Shown: piece after piece, positions 1-14,800 of the stretch
Layout of the letters: each line of letters starts with the position of its first letter
Numbering within the stretch: position 1 is the first letter of the stretch
Assembly (NCBI RefSeq): GCF_009914755.1
Contig: NC_060936.1
Length of the DNA stretch: 64,000 nucleotides
From: the human T2T-CHM13v2.0 reference genome, Homo sapiens
Strand: one strand, 5' to 3'
The notes under the pieces: generated by a model
Databases searched by the model: none
Seen by the model: the letters and a program-made list of their open reading frames with translations, nothing else
Told to the model about the DNA's origin: nothing
Position numbers and translations under genes: made by a program

Positions 1-180
1 AATTTACCTAAGATAATGGTCTACAGCTCCATCCATGTTGCTGCAAAGGACATGATTTCATTCTTTTTCATGGCTGCATGATATTCCATGGTGTATATGT
101 ACCATATTTTCTTTATGCAGTCCACTGTTGATGGGCATTTAGGTTGATTCCAGGTCTTTACTACTGTGAATAGTGCTGTG

Positions 181-469
181 GGCTGGGTGTGGTGGCTCAC
201 GCCTATAATCCCAGCACTTTGGGAGGCCAAGGAGGGTGAATCACCTGAGGTCAGGAGTTTGAGACCAACCTGGCCAACATGGCAAAACCCCGTCTTTACT
301 AAAAAAAAAAAAATTGGCTGGGCATGGTGGTGCATGCCTGTAATCTCAGCTACTTGGGAGGCTGAGGCAGAAGAATTGCTTGAACCCAGGAGGTGGAGTT
401 GGGAGTGAGCTGAGATTGTGCCACTGTACTCCAGCCTGGGTGTCAGAGGGAGACTCCACCTCAAAAAAA
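181..469 (+). mobile_element. AluS (Sx/Sz-like), full length
   Basis: GGCTGGGTGTGGTGGCTCACGCC start, dimer, A tail; TSD AATAGTGCTGTG at 169-180 and 470-481. Confidence 0.97.
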
Positions 470-1766
470 AATAGTGCTGTGATTAATATATATGTGTGTG
501 TGTTTTTATGGTAGAATAATTTATATTCTTTTGGGTGTGTACCCAGAATGGGATTGCTGGATAAAATGGTAGTTCCATTTTTAAGTTCTTTGAGAAATCT
601 ACAAACTGCTTTCCACATGGCTGAATTAATTTACATTCCCACCAGCAGTGTGGAAGCATTTTCTTCTCTCCACAACCTTACCAGCATCTGTTATTTTTTG
701 ACTTTTTAGTAATAGCCATTCTGACTGGTGTAAGATGGTATCTCATAGTGGTTTTGATTTGCATTTCTCTAATGATTAGGATGTTGAGCATTTTTTCATA
801 TGTTTGTTGGCCACATGTATGTCTTTTTTTGAGGAGCATATATGCATGTTTTTGCCTATTTTTAAATGGAGTTGTTTGGTTTTTGCTTGTTAATTTGTTT
901 AAGTTTCTTTGAGATTCTGCATATTAGACCTATGTCAGATGCACAGATTGCAAATATTTTCTTTCATCCTGTAGGCTGTCTGTTTACTCTGTTTATAGTT
1001 TATTTTGCTGTGCAGAAGTTCTTTAGTGTAGTTAGGTCCCACTTGCCAATTTTTTTTTCAATTGCTTTTGGAGTCTTTATCATGAAATCTTTGCCAGGGT
1101 CTATGTCCAGAATGATATTTACTAGGTTTTCTTCTAGGGTTTTTATAGTTTTAGGTTTCACATTTAAGTATTTAATCTACCTTGAGTTGATTTTTGTATA
1201 TAGTGAAAGGAAGGGGTCCAGTTAAAATCTTCTGCATATGGCGAGCCAGGTAACCCGCACCATTTATTGAATAAGAAATCCTTTCCCCATTGCTTGTTAC
1301 TGTTGACTTTGCTGAAGATCAGATGGTTATAGGTGTGCGGCTTTATTTCTGGGTTCTTTATTCTGTTCCATTGGTCTATGTGTCAGTTTCTGTAGCAGTA
1401 CCATGCTGTTTTGGTTATTGTAGCATTATAGTATAGTTTGAAGTCAGGTATTGTGATGCCTCTGGTTTTGTTCTTTTTGCTTAGGATTGCTTTGGCTATT
1501 CAAGCTCTTTTTTGGTGTCATATGAATTTTATAATAGTTTTTCCTAATTCTGTGAAAAATGTCATTGGTAGTTTGATAGGAATAACATTGAAGCTGTAAT
1601 TGCTTTGGAAAGTATAGCCATTTTAACAATATTGATTCTTCCTATCCATGAGCATGGAATGTTTTCCCATTTGTTTGTGTCATCTCTGATTTCTTTCAGC
1701 AGTGTTTTGTAATTCTCATTGTAGAGATGATTCACCTCCCTGATTAGCTGTACTACACCTAGGTAT

Positions 1767-1804
1767 TGTGTGTGTGTGTGTGTGTGTGTGTGTGCTTGTG
1801 TGTG
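1767..1804. repeat. (TG)n microsatellite inside L1
   Basis: About 14 perfect TG units plus a degenerate tail. Confidence 0.95.
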
Positions 1805-1899
1805 TTGCTGCTGTGAATGAGATTACAATCTTGATTTGCTCTCAGCTTGGAAGTTGTTGGTGTGTAGGAATACTACTAATTTTTATACATTGCTTTTGT

Positions 1900-3875
1900 T
1901 TTTTTTTTATCCCCTTAAGCATTTATCCTTTCTGTTAGAAACCGTCCAATTAAACTCTTTAAGTTATTTTAAATGGTACAATTAAGTTATTATTGGCTAT
2001 AGTCACCCTGTTGTGCTATCAAATAGTAGGTCTTATTCATTCTATTTTTTTTGAATCCATTAATCATCCCTACATCTCCACCTCCCTGAGCCCCACTACC
2101 CTTCCCAGCCTGTGGTAATCATCCTTCTACTCTCTATGTCTATGAGTTCAGTTGATTTGATTTTTAGATCCCACAAATAAATGTGAAACTGCAATTTGTC
2201 CTTCTGTGTCTGGTTTATTTCACTTAACATAACAATCTCCAGTTCTACCCATGTTGTTGCAAATGACTGGATCTCACTCTTTTTTTATGCCTCAATAATA
2301 CCCCATTGTGTATATATACCACATTGTCTTTATCCATTTATCTGTTGTTGAACACTTAGATTGCTTCCAAATCGTAGCTACTGTAAACAGCACTTCAACA
2401 AACATGGGAGTGCAGATATCTTTTCGATATATGGATTTCCTTTCTTTTGGTTATATACCTAGCAGTGAGATTGCTGGATCATATGGTAGCACAATTTTTA
2501 GTTTTTTGAGGAACTTTTAAACTGTTCCCCATAGTGGTTGTACTAATTTACATTCCCATCAAAAGTGTAAAAGGGTTCCCTTCTCTCCATATTCTTGCTG
2601 GCATTTGTTATTGCCTGTTTTTTTTGGATATGAGTCCTTTTAACTGGGGTGAGATGATATCTCATTGTAGTTTTGATTTGCATTTCTCTGATGATCAATG
2701 ATGTTGAGCACCTTTTCATATGCCTGTTTGCCATTTGTATGTCTTGTTTTAAAAAATGTCTATTCAAATATTGTGCCTGTGTTTTGATCAGAGTATTATA
2801 TTTTTCTTATAAAGTTGTTTGAGCTCCTTATATAGTCTGATTATGAATCCCTTGTCAGATGTGTAGTTTGCAAATATTTTCTCCTGTTCTGTGGGTTGTC
2901 TCTTCACTTTGTTTATTGTATTCTTTGCTTGCAGAAGCTTTTTAACTTGATGTGATGCCATTTGTCCATTTTTGCTTTGGTTGTCTGTGCTTGTGGGGTA
3001 TTGCTCATGAAATTTTTACCCAACCCAATGTCCTGGAGATTTTCCCCAATGTTTTCTTCTAGTAGTTTCACAGTTTGAGGTCTCGGATTTAAGTCTTTAA
3101 TTCCTTTTTATTTGATTTTTATGTGGCAAGAGATAGCGGTCTAGTTTCATTCTTCTGCATGTGGATATCCAGTTTTCCCAGCACCATTTATTGGAAAGAC
3201 TGTCTTTTCCCCAGTGTATGTTCTTGGCACCTTTGTTGAAAGTGAGCTTGCTTGTGAATTTGTTTCTGGGTTCTCTATTCTGTTCCATCGGTCTATGTGT
3301 CTGTTTTTATGCCAGTATCATGCTGTTTTGTTTACTATAGCTCTGTAGTATAATTTGAAGTTAGGTAATGTGATTCCTTCAGTTTTGTTATTTTTGTTTA
3401 GGATAGCTTTTACTATTCTGGTGCCATATAAATTTTAGGATTGTTTTCTCTATTTCTGTGAAGTACTTCTTCCTCCTCTATTTTTTGGAATAGTTTGAGT
3501 AGGTTTGGCATTAATTGTTCTTTAAATGTTTGGTAGAATTCAGCAGTGAAGCCATCAGGTCTCAGGCTTTTCTTTTGTGGGAAATTTTTATTATGGCTTC
3601 AATCTCATTACTTGTTATTGGTGTGTTCCGGTTTTGGATTTCTTCCTGGTTCAATCTTGAGAGGTTGTATGTGTCTAGGAGTTTGTCCTTCTAGATTTTT
3701 CAATTTATTGGCATATAGTTTCTCATAGTAGCTGCTAGTGATCCTTTGAATTTCTGCAGTATCAATTGTAATGCCTCCTTTTTATTTCTGATTTTATTTA
3801 TTTGCATCTTCTCTCTTTTTTCTTAGTCTGGCTAAAGGTTTGTCAATTTTGTTTAACTTTTCAAAAAACCAACTG
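1900..3875 (-). mobile_element. L1MA-type LINE-1 nested in the older L1; 5'-truncated, with an internal deletion near 3463
   Basis: L1MA 3'UTR (AGTCACCCTGTTGTGCTATCAAATAGTAGG); ORF2 peptide [41 protein letters not shown]; TSD TACATTG(C/A)TTTTGT at 1886-1899 and 3876-3889. Confidence 0.9.
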
Positions 3876-5312
<1,437 letters not shown>

Positions 5313-5741
5313 GTGTCCTTTTACTTTTCAAAGGAAGTTCCAATTTTACTATTCTGCCATCTTTATGGAGAGAACTTACTGCCATGGCTTTGTATGTGTT
5401 TTCTTTCACATTTGTATACATAGTGAGTCCTTTCACAGGTGGACCCCAGTGACGTCCCATTTCCTTTAATAAGGGTGGCGAGTCCTTCTCATTTGGGAAA
5501 CCACTATTACCTTTGTGAACTGGTTGGGGTTCTGAGTCCTACATGTTTTCTGACCAAGACACAGGTGTTATTGTCATCAATTCTCAGCTACCTGGTGGAT
5601 AACTACTTTCACAGAAAGGGATTGAAATTGTGACTGAAATGACATTTCAGTATTTTGGTATTTATTTTATACGGCACTGAAGTACTGGCATTTTATTTTT
5701 TTAAATATGAGGTAGAGTTGCCATTATCTTTACTATTTCAT

Positions 5742-5944
5742 TTTCTTAACTTTTATTTTAAGTTCAGGGATACAAAAGCAGGTTTGTTACATAGGTAAAC
5801 TTGTATCATGGGGGTTTGTTGTAAAGATTATTTTATTACCCAGGTATTAAGCCTAGTACCCATTAGTTATTTCTCCTGATCATCTTCCTCCTCCCACTCT
5901 TCACCCTCCAAAAGACTCCATTGTGTGTTATTCCCCTCTATGTG
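5742..5944 (-). mobile_element. L1PA(13-16-like) 3' end fragment
   Basis: TTTTATTTTAAGTTCAGGGATACA..GGTTTGTTACATAGGTAAAC matches the L1PA terminus. Confidence 0.85.
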
Positions 5945-6324
5945 ATGAAGGATAACATAATTGAAGTGTGCAAGTCTTAAACCTACAATCACCTCCCAGA
6001 TGAAGTTATAGAACATTTGCAGTATCCTAAGAGACCCCTTCATACTTCTTCCCAGCTAATGTTCCATCTCCAGAGGTGATCAGTTCTTCTGACTTCTAAC
6101 ACTGTAGATTCATTTTGCCTGTTTTTGAACTTCACATAAAATCCTGAAGCAACAGTTCATCCCTTTATATCGCTGTATAGTTTTTTATTGTATGGATGTT
6201 CCACAGTTTATTTATGCATTCTTCCATTGGTGGACACCTGGGTTGTTTCCAGTTTTTTGCTATTATAAACAAAGCATGAACACAAGTCTTTGTGTGAACA
6301 TATGTTTTCATTTCTCTTGGGTAA

Positions 6325-6963
<639 letters not shown>

Positions 6964-7766
6964 GAAAACCTAGGAATGGGTTTCTTTGGGTTATAGGGTA
7001 GATATATGTTCAATTTTATAAGATACTTCCAGACTTTTTTTCTCAAAATGGTTGTACACTTTATATCCCCATTTGGAATGACTGAGTACTTGGCTGCTTC
7101 ACATCCTAGCCAATATTATGTTGTCTGGTTTTTAGTATGCCATTTTGATGGACACATAGTGCTTTCTCATTGTGATTTTAATTTGTATTTCCCTGATGAC
7201 TAATGTCATTGGGTACATTTTCCTGGGCTAACTGATTATTTGTATATCTTTTTTTGCGGAGTGTCTGTTCAAGATTTTTGACCATTTTAATTGGATTATT
7301 TTTTATTATTGAGTTATAGGACTTTCTTTTATATTCTGGATACAAGTACTTTATTTTAGACACATTTATGGTGACTATTTTCTCTCAATTAGTGGCTTCC
7401 CTACTGATTTTCTTAATGGTATCTTTTTAACGAGCTGCAGCTTTAAATTTTTATGACATCCAATTTATGAATTTAAAAAAATATGGTTAATGCTGTGAGA
7501 CAATACATTTTTGTTGTTTTTATTGCCCAGTTATTACTTCGTTATAACTACCCTTGAAAACGCATACATTGGTCATTCGCTCTTTTGTAAAATTTTAAAA
7601 TCAGCTTGTCAATCTCTTCTGTCTGGGATATTGATTTGAATTCCATTCAATCTGAGGAGGATGGGCATCTTAAAAATATTGGGTCTTCTGATTCATGAAC
7701 ATGGTATATTATTCCATTTATTCAAGTCTTCTTTAATTTCTCTCAGCATCCTTTTTTAGTTTTCAG

Positions 7767-7906
7767 TATACAGGTCTTCCACATTGTAAATTAAATTTAT
7801 TTCTAATTATTATATCAGCAAAGATATATCAGCAAAGATATTTTTCGGCAAAGATAGATATAATAATTAGAAATAAATTTAATTTAAAATGTGCAAGACC
7901 TGTATA
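7767..7906. repeat. 50-bp inverted repeat (48/50 identical) around a 40-bp loop built of about three 14-mers
   Basis: Arm 7767-7816 is the reverse complement of 7857-7906; the loop holds three copies of GCAAAGATA. Confidence 0.95.
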
Positions 7907-8279
7907 TTTATATGCTTTAATAAATTCTGTTGTTTTCTTTGTTTTCCAATTGTTTGTTGCTTATAGAAATAAAATTTATGTTTATTATATATTGGCATGG
8001 ATCTTGTGACCTTGATAGATTCATTTATTATAGTAGATTTTTTTGGATTAATTCATTAGGATTTTCTACACATAAAAGCGTGTTGTCTGTCATGGTTGAC
8101 ATTTGTTTAAAATAATTTGCAGTAGGATATAGCAGACTCCCTCTATGACCTTGGTCAGACATCTAATCTCACTGAACTTTGGGGGACCTCACTTACAAAG
8201 GGAAGTTATTATATAGACTCGTCTTTGAGGTTCCTTTTTGGATCTAAAATGTAGGGACCGGGCTCTACCATTTGCTTAT

Positions 8280-8400
8280 TCTGTACCCCTGGGCAAAATA
8301 CTATACCTTTCTGAGCCTCAGCTTGCTCATTTGTAAAGTGGGCATAATCATAGTAGAATATCTGTGTCATAAAGTAGTTATGAGTCTTATGCTTCCACAC
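8280..8400 (+). mobile_element. MIR fragment
   Basis: CTGAGCCTCAGCTTGCTCATTTGTAAAGTGGGCATAAT MIR core. Confidence 0.75.
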
Positions 8401-8548
8401 ATAAAGACAGCTTGGGCTAGGGAAGTTTTGTAAAGGCCAGTCCAGGCACGTGGGGACATGGGGACACCATCATCAAGTGTACCCTGAGATGTGTGTATGT
8501 GTGTGCATGTGAGTGTTTATGTGGCTTCCCTAAATCCCCCAGCTTCAA

Positions 8549-8710
8549 ACAATGGTTCTCAAAATGAAGTATTCCTTGGAATCCCCAGAGGAGCTTGTAA
8601 AAATACAGTTTCTTGGGCTCCACACCCATAGGTCTGACTCATAGCCCTAGAAGGACCCAAGAACCTTCATCTTTAACACTCTCAAGTCATTTTAATACAC
8701 TGAGTTCCAT
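8549..8710. mobile_element. MER5-family hAT-Charlie relic
   Basis: CAATGGTTCTCAAA..GAATCCCCAGAGGAGCTTGTAAAAATACAG..CTGACTC. Confidence 0.7.
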
Positions 8711-8711
8711 G

Positions 8712-8995
8712 GGACTTACAGTTCCACATGGCTGGGGAGGCCTCAGAATCATAGCAGGAGGCAAAAAGCACTTCTTACATGGCGGCAGCAAGAGAAAATG
8801 AAGATGCCAAAGTGGAAACCCCTGATCAAACCATCAGATCTGGAGAGATTTATTCACTATCACAAGAACAGTATGGGAGAAACTGCCCCCATGATTCAAA
8901 TTTTCTCCCACCGGGTCCCTCACACAACATGTGGGAATTATGGGAGTACAATTGAAGATGCGATTTGGGTGGAGACACAGAGCCAAACCATATCA
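8712..8995 (-). mobile_element. THE1 (C-like) LTR, truncated
   Basis: GGACTTACAGTTCCACATGGCTGGGGAGGCCTC ... AGCCAAACCATATCA. Confidence 0.9.
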
Positions 8996-9009
8996 TCAGG
9001 TAAATATGT

Positions 9010-9405
9010 AAGCCTCCTCTCCTTACGTTTTTCTCTCTCATTCTGTATATCTCTTGTTTTGTGTCTTTGTATTTCTGTCACTCTCTGTGTTGGTCCCTTC
9101 TTTTGTCTGTCTTTCATGTGCACACATATTCTCTGTCTCTCTCGTCTGTCTCTGTATACTTGTGTCATCTCTCTGGTTGATGTCTCTGAAATGCTGCCTC
9201 TCTACATCTCTCTCATTTCTTCTTTTTCTCAAGTTGTTCTTGTGTGCTGCGGTCTCTGCCCTGTCTCTCTTGGCCTGACTCTGGCATCTCTTGCCTTTCT
9301 CTGGTCTTGCCCTGCTGTGCATCTCTCTGTGCATCTGAGCCTGTGTGTTTGTGATGCATACGTCTCTGTTATTCTCTACCTTCAGTCCTTTTCTTTTTCT
9401 CTTTT
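9010..9405. repeat. Degenerate CT/TG-rich low-complexity tract
   Basis: Continuous TCTCTG/TGTCT-type words; explains the spurious 203-aa ORF at 8798-9409. Confidence 0.8.
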
Positions 9406-10274
9406 GTAAATCCCCACCCCTCTTCCACCCAGCCCGGCAGCTCTGCAGTTTTTCCTGTGAAATACAAGAAGAGTCTCCTGTGGAGAAGCCTGAAATACCA
9501 GGTCAGACGCCCAGACTCCTGTAGACCTCAGAATGTTTAGCTCTAATCAAGAGCCCCTATTGGAGTCTGACCCACTCTCCTTTAGGGCTTATCTGGGGCC
9601 CTCAGCGTCCTGTGCTGCCAGAGATAAGGTGCCTTTGGTGGCAGAGATGACTTGGGCATGACCCTCAGCAGACTAGATAAAAAGCACAGGCTCCGAGATC
9701 CTGGAGAGACCCCATCCCCCAGGTGGAAAACTGACCTTTCTATCATTGACCCTAAGCGTCTCAGAGTGCACTCTGGGGGTTTATGACCCATTTAAATAGT
9801 CCTTGGAAAGATTAGACTAATTTCTTTCTTTGAGCTAATATTGTTAATTCATATTAATTAAATACTTGATTTACTCAATATTTATTGAACACACTATGAA
9901 CCAGATTCTGTTCTGAGAATGTAGCAGTGAAGATTTTAAAATGCAATATTATAAATCTCAACACTCATATTATTGTGCCATGCATTGAGCACCTACTGTG
10001 TTCTAGGAGCTTAATTTATAGGAGAAGCTTTATACCAGAATTCCTTGTGGGGAGAGAACTGCCCCTTCACTGTAAAATACTTTAATTATCTGCATGTAAT
10101 CATTTTAGTGATTAATTAATTACAGCTATTAATACAGTGGACAGTTAACTCCTAATATTCAGGGGTGATATTTAAATGTTTAATAAATGGTAACCTACTG
10201 CCATTGACCAATGAAAGCATTTGCCCCACTTCTCAGTTCTATTCCAATTATTTGAATAAACATCAAATTTGTCA

Positions 10275-10560
10275 TTCATTTATTCACTCATGAAATCATT
10301 CAGTTATTCTTTCTTCCAGCATATTGTTAAGGGACTCCTGGGTATCAGCACTGTGTTAGGAACCGGGGATGTAATTAAAAGGACATCATAAGGAACTCAG
10401 AGGAGGGAGATAGAGAAAGATACTGACTGAGTTCATGGAACATGACAAAGGAAAGGTTCAGGAGTGCATACCTGGGTGTTTAACTTAGAAGAATCAGGGA
10501 AGGCTTTCTGGAGGAGGGACATTAATGCTGAGACCTAAGAGATGAACAGGGGATAATTCG
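10275..10560 (-). mobile_element. L2 3' fragment
   Basis: CATTCATTTATTCACTC..CACTGTGTTAGG..ATCAGGGAAGGCTTTCTGGAGGAGG. Confidence 0.7.
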
Positions 10561-12189
10561 ATGAGGTCTGTATCTTGCCAGTTTTGAATATTCCATAGGA
10601 TAGAGCCTGAACATAGTAGGGATTCACTAAATCAATAAATGAATAAAACATGATGATTCTGAAAGCAATTCTCTGGTTGAATGGTAATTGACTAGGGAAG
10701 CTATAATGGAGATGTATTATCTTTTTCAGAAACAGTACTATTAGCATGTCCTTTGTCAATGCCTGCACCCAGCACCTGACCAAGAATCAAGTGCCTTTTT
10801 CTCCACTCAAAATTCACCGTGATGTCAAAGCTTTCAGCAAATTATTCTCCTACTTACTAGCCCCAGACCAAGGGGACAAATAAGAGCCCAGGAAAATAGG
10901 CCTAGGAGGCAAAAATAGGTGAGAAAGAACATTAAGTCCTACATTTTCAAACTCATGCTTGTTGGAGGCCATGCTGATTTGTGTTCCTAGAACTTCTGTT
11001 CTTTTAGAAAAACACAAGTCTGAATTTTCATGTGAAATTTTCTAATTTTTATGTTGGAATCTAATTTTTTTTAAAAAATATTACACATAGCAAACCAGGT
11101 ATCTATGGCTGTATTTGGCTGTTATTCCAGATTTAGAAGTTATTTCCTACAAATGAGGAAGGAATGAAAGGGACTTTTGTATTTACTATGCAGCCATGTT
11201 GTTTTGAACATTGTACTACATGTTCTATGGATCTTCATCATAAATATTCGTTACATGAAAATTCCTGTTATCTTATTTAATTATTGCAACAACCACATGG
11301 GACAGTTATCATAATGTCTGTTGAGGAAGATTACCAAGTTAAGTCTGCAGGGACTCAACATTAACCATAAGGAACTTAGTATTCAAACAGAATTAGAAGT
11401 AAACTAAGAAGAGGAGAATGGTTTTGAATTAGAGACCTGGTATTATAAGACTCTCAGTGGAAAGAGCCTTGAATAACCAGATAATTGTCTAGAAACCATC
11501 CTTTTGTTGGTTGGGCATCTTTTTAATTGCTTTAAATACCACTGCTCTTTTCTGCAACTTTCTGGCCTAGAGAGTTTTAACATCCTGGGATAGGAACTTG
11601 TCTCCCCTGTTATGTAAAATGAATGTAACTCATAAAGTGATTCACTATTAATTAATGTCGTGTCTGTGGTATTTCAGATCCACCTGGCTGAGCAACACTA
11701 CTATACTGTCAGTTTCTGTTCTCCTGATGTTTCTGAAATAGTTAAATTGTTTGATTTAATTGTCTGTAGGAGTTGCATTTTAGAAAAGACAGTCAAAAAA
11801 CACTTTCCTTAACCGTGGACTTCTGTCATTTTTGCCACTGAAGTGAGCATCCTATAACACTAGCATATCAAGAATTCCTGTATCAGTGAGGATTTCACCA
11901 GATGGGCTCTGAGGCCCCTTGGAGTGTCTCCAGGTGGGATTTAGCCAAGTTGTGGATCTGCAGATCATCCCTGTGGAGATGTTGTCTGTTCTAAGATCTG
12001 AACCCCATGAACAATCTGATAAAAGGGTTTAACTATTAATATCTCAGAGGTATTGGACAGTCAGAAACTGACCTCCCTCGTTGCTTAGCAGAATGAATCT
12101 CAAATGCCGGTGTGCATTAAACCATCAGGTTGCTTTTTAGATTGCAGATTCCTGATCCTGGTACCTAGAGAGTCTGATTCACTGGGAGT

Positions 12190-13222
12190 GTTTGTTACAG
12201 GAAAAAGCTAAGCAAGAGGCCCAATAATAACATGGCTTAGAAAACAAAGAAGTTATTTCTTCTGCAAGCACAACAATCCAAAGTGAGGTTTCCTTATTGG
12301 TAGAATCTGTTTCATGTGATGTGGCAGAATAAGGAGGGCCACATATTATTTGACAATCCTCTCATTGAGAAATGAGGTTGCTGTCTGCTCCCCTTGAATC
12401 TGGGCAGGCTCTGTGACTGCTTTAACCAAGAGAATGTTTTAGAAGTGACACTGTGCCAGTTCCTGGGCCCAGGATTTAAGAAACGGTAGGCTTCCACTTC
12501 TTTGATCATGTAATACTCACTCTTAGAACTCAGCAGCCATGCTGTGTGGAAGCCCAACACCCTGTGCAGAGGCACATGTGGAGAAGAGGTGGAGTTCCTA
12601 GCTGTCAGCCCTAGATGAGCTCAGTTTGCCAACTACGTGCAAGGGCTTAATTACCTCAGAGGCATTGGGCAGCCAGAAACTGACCTCCTTGTTACTTACC
12701 AGAGTTACCTTGGAAGTGGATCCTCCTGCCCCAGTTAAGCCTTCCCTCCTGGTGCCATCCTCATCAATCTCTGCCCAAATTGTACATTCACAGGTCCAAT
12801 AAATGACTGTTATTTAAAGTGTCTGAGATGTAGGAGTGGTTTGTTAGGCAGCTGTTGATAACTAAACCACATAGGCATTCAAAGACCCAGGTTTCTTTCC
12901 TCTTGAGGCACCACCCCCATTCTCAACAAACATTTCTTAGTCAAGGTTAGTTATCATTTACTTAGTCAAGCTTAGGTTACAACCATATTCAGATTCTAGG
13001 CAATGGGAGAGCGTAGAGAGGCCATGCATATTTCTTATCCAGCTTGCTGAGGCCTGCCACGCATTACTTCTATTCACATTTCATTAGTGAGAACTTGTCA
13101 CATGGCTGCATTCAATCACAAAGAGGACAGGGAAATGCAATCTCTAGATATGCAGCCATTTTCCAGCCACAAAGACAGAAGGGGAGAATGGGTGCTGCTG
13201 GAAGTCTAGCCGTCACCATCAT
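12190..13222 (-). mobile_element. Ancient ERVL/MaLR LTR (LTR33-like), interrupted by an MLT1 LTR
   Basis: CATGGCTTAGAAAACAAAGAAGTTATTTC.. then, after 12870, ..ATTACTTCTATTCACATTTCATTAGTGAGAACTTGTCACATGGC. Confidence 0.6.
12320..12869 (+). mobile_element. MLT1G/H-like MaLR LTR
   Basis: CCCCTTGAATCTGGGCAGGCTCTGTGACTGCTTTAACCAA; TTGGAAGTGGATCCTCC; AATAAATGACTGTTATTTAAAG..TTTGTTAGGCAGC. Confidence 0.8.
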
Positions 13223-13284
13223 ACTGAGTCTGGAGCAAAGAACAGAGATCTGCCTTTGGCAACCCCCCAGGAAATTTTGATATA

Positions 13285-13505
13285 GGTGATCCAAGCATAG
13301 CTGTGAAAAGTATGAGTTTTGAAGTCAATCAGATCTGAGCTTAAAACTAAATTCTATTATTTACCAGCTGGGTGGCACCTGAGAGTTTTAAGTTTTTTTG
13401 CATATATAAAAATGCAGAAAATAGTAATTCCTACCTCAGGAGGTAGTTGTGCTGATTTGATAATGGCCTGCATGAAAAGTGCTAGCATAGACTTGGCACA
13501 AAACA
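13285..13505 (+). mobile_element. MIR
   Basis: TTTGAAGTCAATCAGATCTGAG..ATAGTAATTCCTACCTCAGGAGGTAGTTG..GCTAGCATAGACTTGGCAC. Confidence 0.7.
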
Positions 13506-13629
13506 AGATATAAAAATACGAAATAAAAATAAAAACGAGAAAAAGAAAAAAGAAAGGTTGTATTGTCAACTGAATCAAGCGTTCCATTCTATCTTTTAAA
13601 ACCACCAATGTATTCAGTCATTATACTTA

Positions 13630-13790
13630 AAATATTCTTCTTCACCCTCATATCAACTCTAGGCTTATTCCCAATTTACAGATGAGAAAACTGAGATTCA
13701 GAGAAGTTAAGGAAGTAGACCAAAAACATCATTGGTAAGTGCTGGTGTCAAAATGTGAGCCAAGATCATTTCTGGTGGTGTTTGATTACA
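13630..13790 (-). mobile_element. MIR
   Basis: TTTACAGATGAGAAAACTGAGATTCAGAGAAGTTAAG. Confidence 0.75.
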
Positions 13791-14516
13791 GATGCTGTAT
13801 TAAAAATAAGTGAAGAGAAGTCAAAGGATGTTTTGGGGGCAAAGAAATCACATATCAGGACTTTGCTGTACACAGGGGAATCTGGGAGTGTTGCCATGAG
13901 ATGTGTGGAATGGGGAAAAACTGAAGGCAGAAGGAGCAGCTTAGGAATAGGGTGAGGAGGTTTTGAACATGGATAATTAAAGTAAAGGCTAAGTGAATAT
14001 CTGTCTTCCTGCTGCAGTTATTTACCTACACAGAGGCAAACCTAGAAATAGCAGTTCCATTCCTCACTCAAGAAGGCCCTGCCAAACTGACCACCCAGTG
14101 CTTCCACTCATGGGGGATATGACTGAAAATGTTTTTAGCATTGGTTCCAGAAACTAGAGACAGTTTTTGTGTGCCTCAGTTTCCCTATTTGGAAAACGGA
14201 AATTCAATGCCAGTGATGGCTATTTCACAGAGATTCAGTAAGAAAATGCATGGAAATAGACTTTTTAAAGTTACAGTCGTCAACCCGATGTTAAGGTTTT
14301 ACTGTACCTTGAGCAACATGCAACAGCAGAAAGCACTCATATAAACTTCAACTTCATGATTGATTCTTTGTATCTTAATTTTGTAAATTTAAAATTTCAG
14401 ATATTAAAGAATGAGGTAGTGGAGGGAGATTTTCTTGTGTTGTTTCCATGGTGACCAACTTGCAGGCATTAACTGCTGGCTGAAATAAAGATAAGTAAGA
14501 AAAAGATGGCAAAGTG

Positions 14517-14800
14517 ACTGGATATGGTGGCTCACGCCTGTAATCCCAGCACTTTGGGAGGCCAAGGTGGAAGGAGTTTGTAAACAGGAGTTCAAGACCA
14601 GCTGGGGCAACATAGGGAGACCCTGTCTCAATAAAACATAAAAAATTAGCCCTGTGTGATGGTGCATGCCCGTGGTCCCAGCTCCTTGGGAGGCTGAGGT
14701 GGGAGGATCACTTCACCTCAGGAGGTTGAGACTGCAGTGAGCTGGGATCATGCCACTGCACTCCAATCACAGTGACAGAACAAGACCCTGTCTCTAAAAT
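14517..14800 (+). mobile_element. AluJ
   Basis: Dimer; TSD AAAA(G/A)ATGGCAAAGTG at 14501-14516 and 14801-14816. Confidence 0.93.

Larger units (their letters stand above)
1..1899 (-). mobile_element. LINE-1 (L1PA-late/L1PB-like) ORF2 3' region and start of 3'UTR; runs off the left window edge; host of an Alu and of a second L1
   Basis: Minus-strand translation gives the L1 ORF2 C-terminus (..[36 protein letters not shown]); typical antisense L1 text throughout. Confidence 0.95.

Noticed and set aside
8798-9409. 203-aa ORF, the longest in the window
   Set aside because: THE1 LTR read-through into CT-rich low-complexity DNA that lacks stop codons by composition
11670-11850. Possible plus-strand exon (TGTCTGTAG|..GAA|GTGAGC, 11770-11842)
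   Set aside because: Weak pyrimidine tract, 73 nt, no supporting context; such site pairs are common by chance
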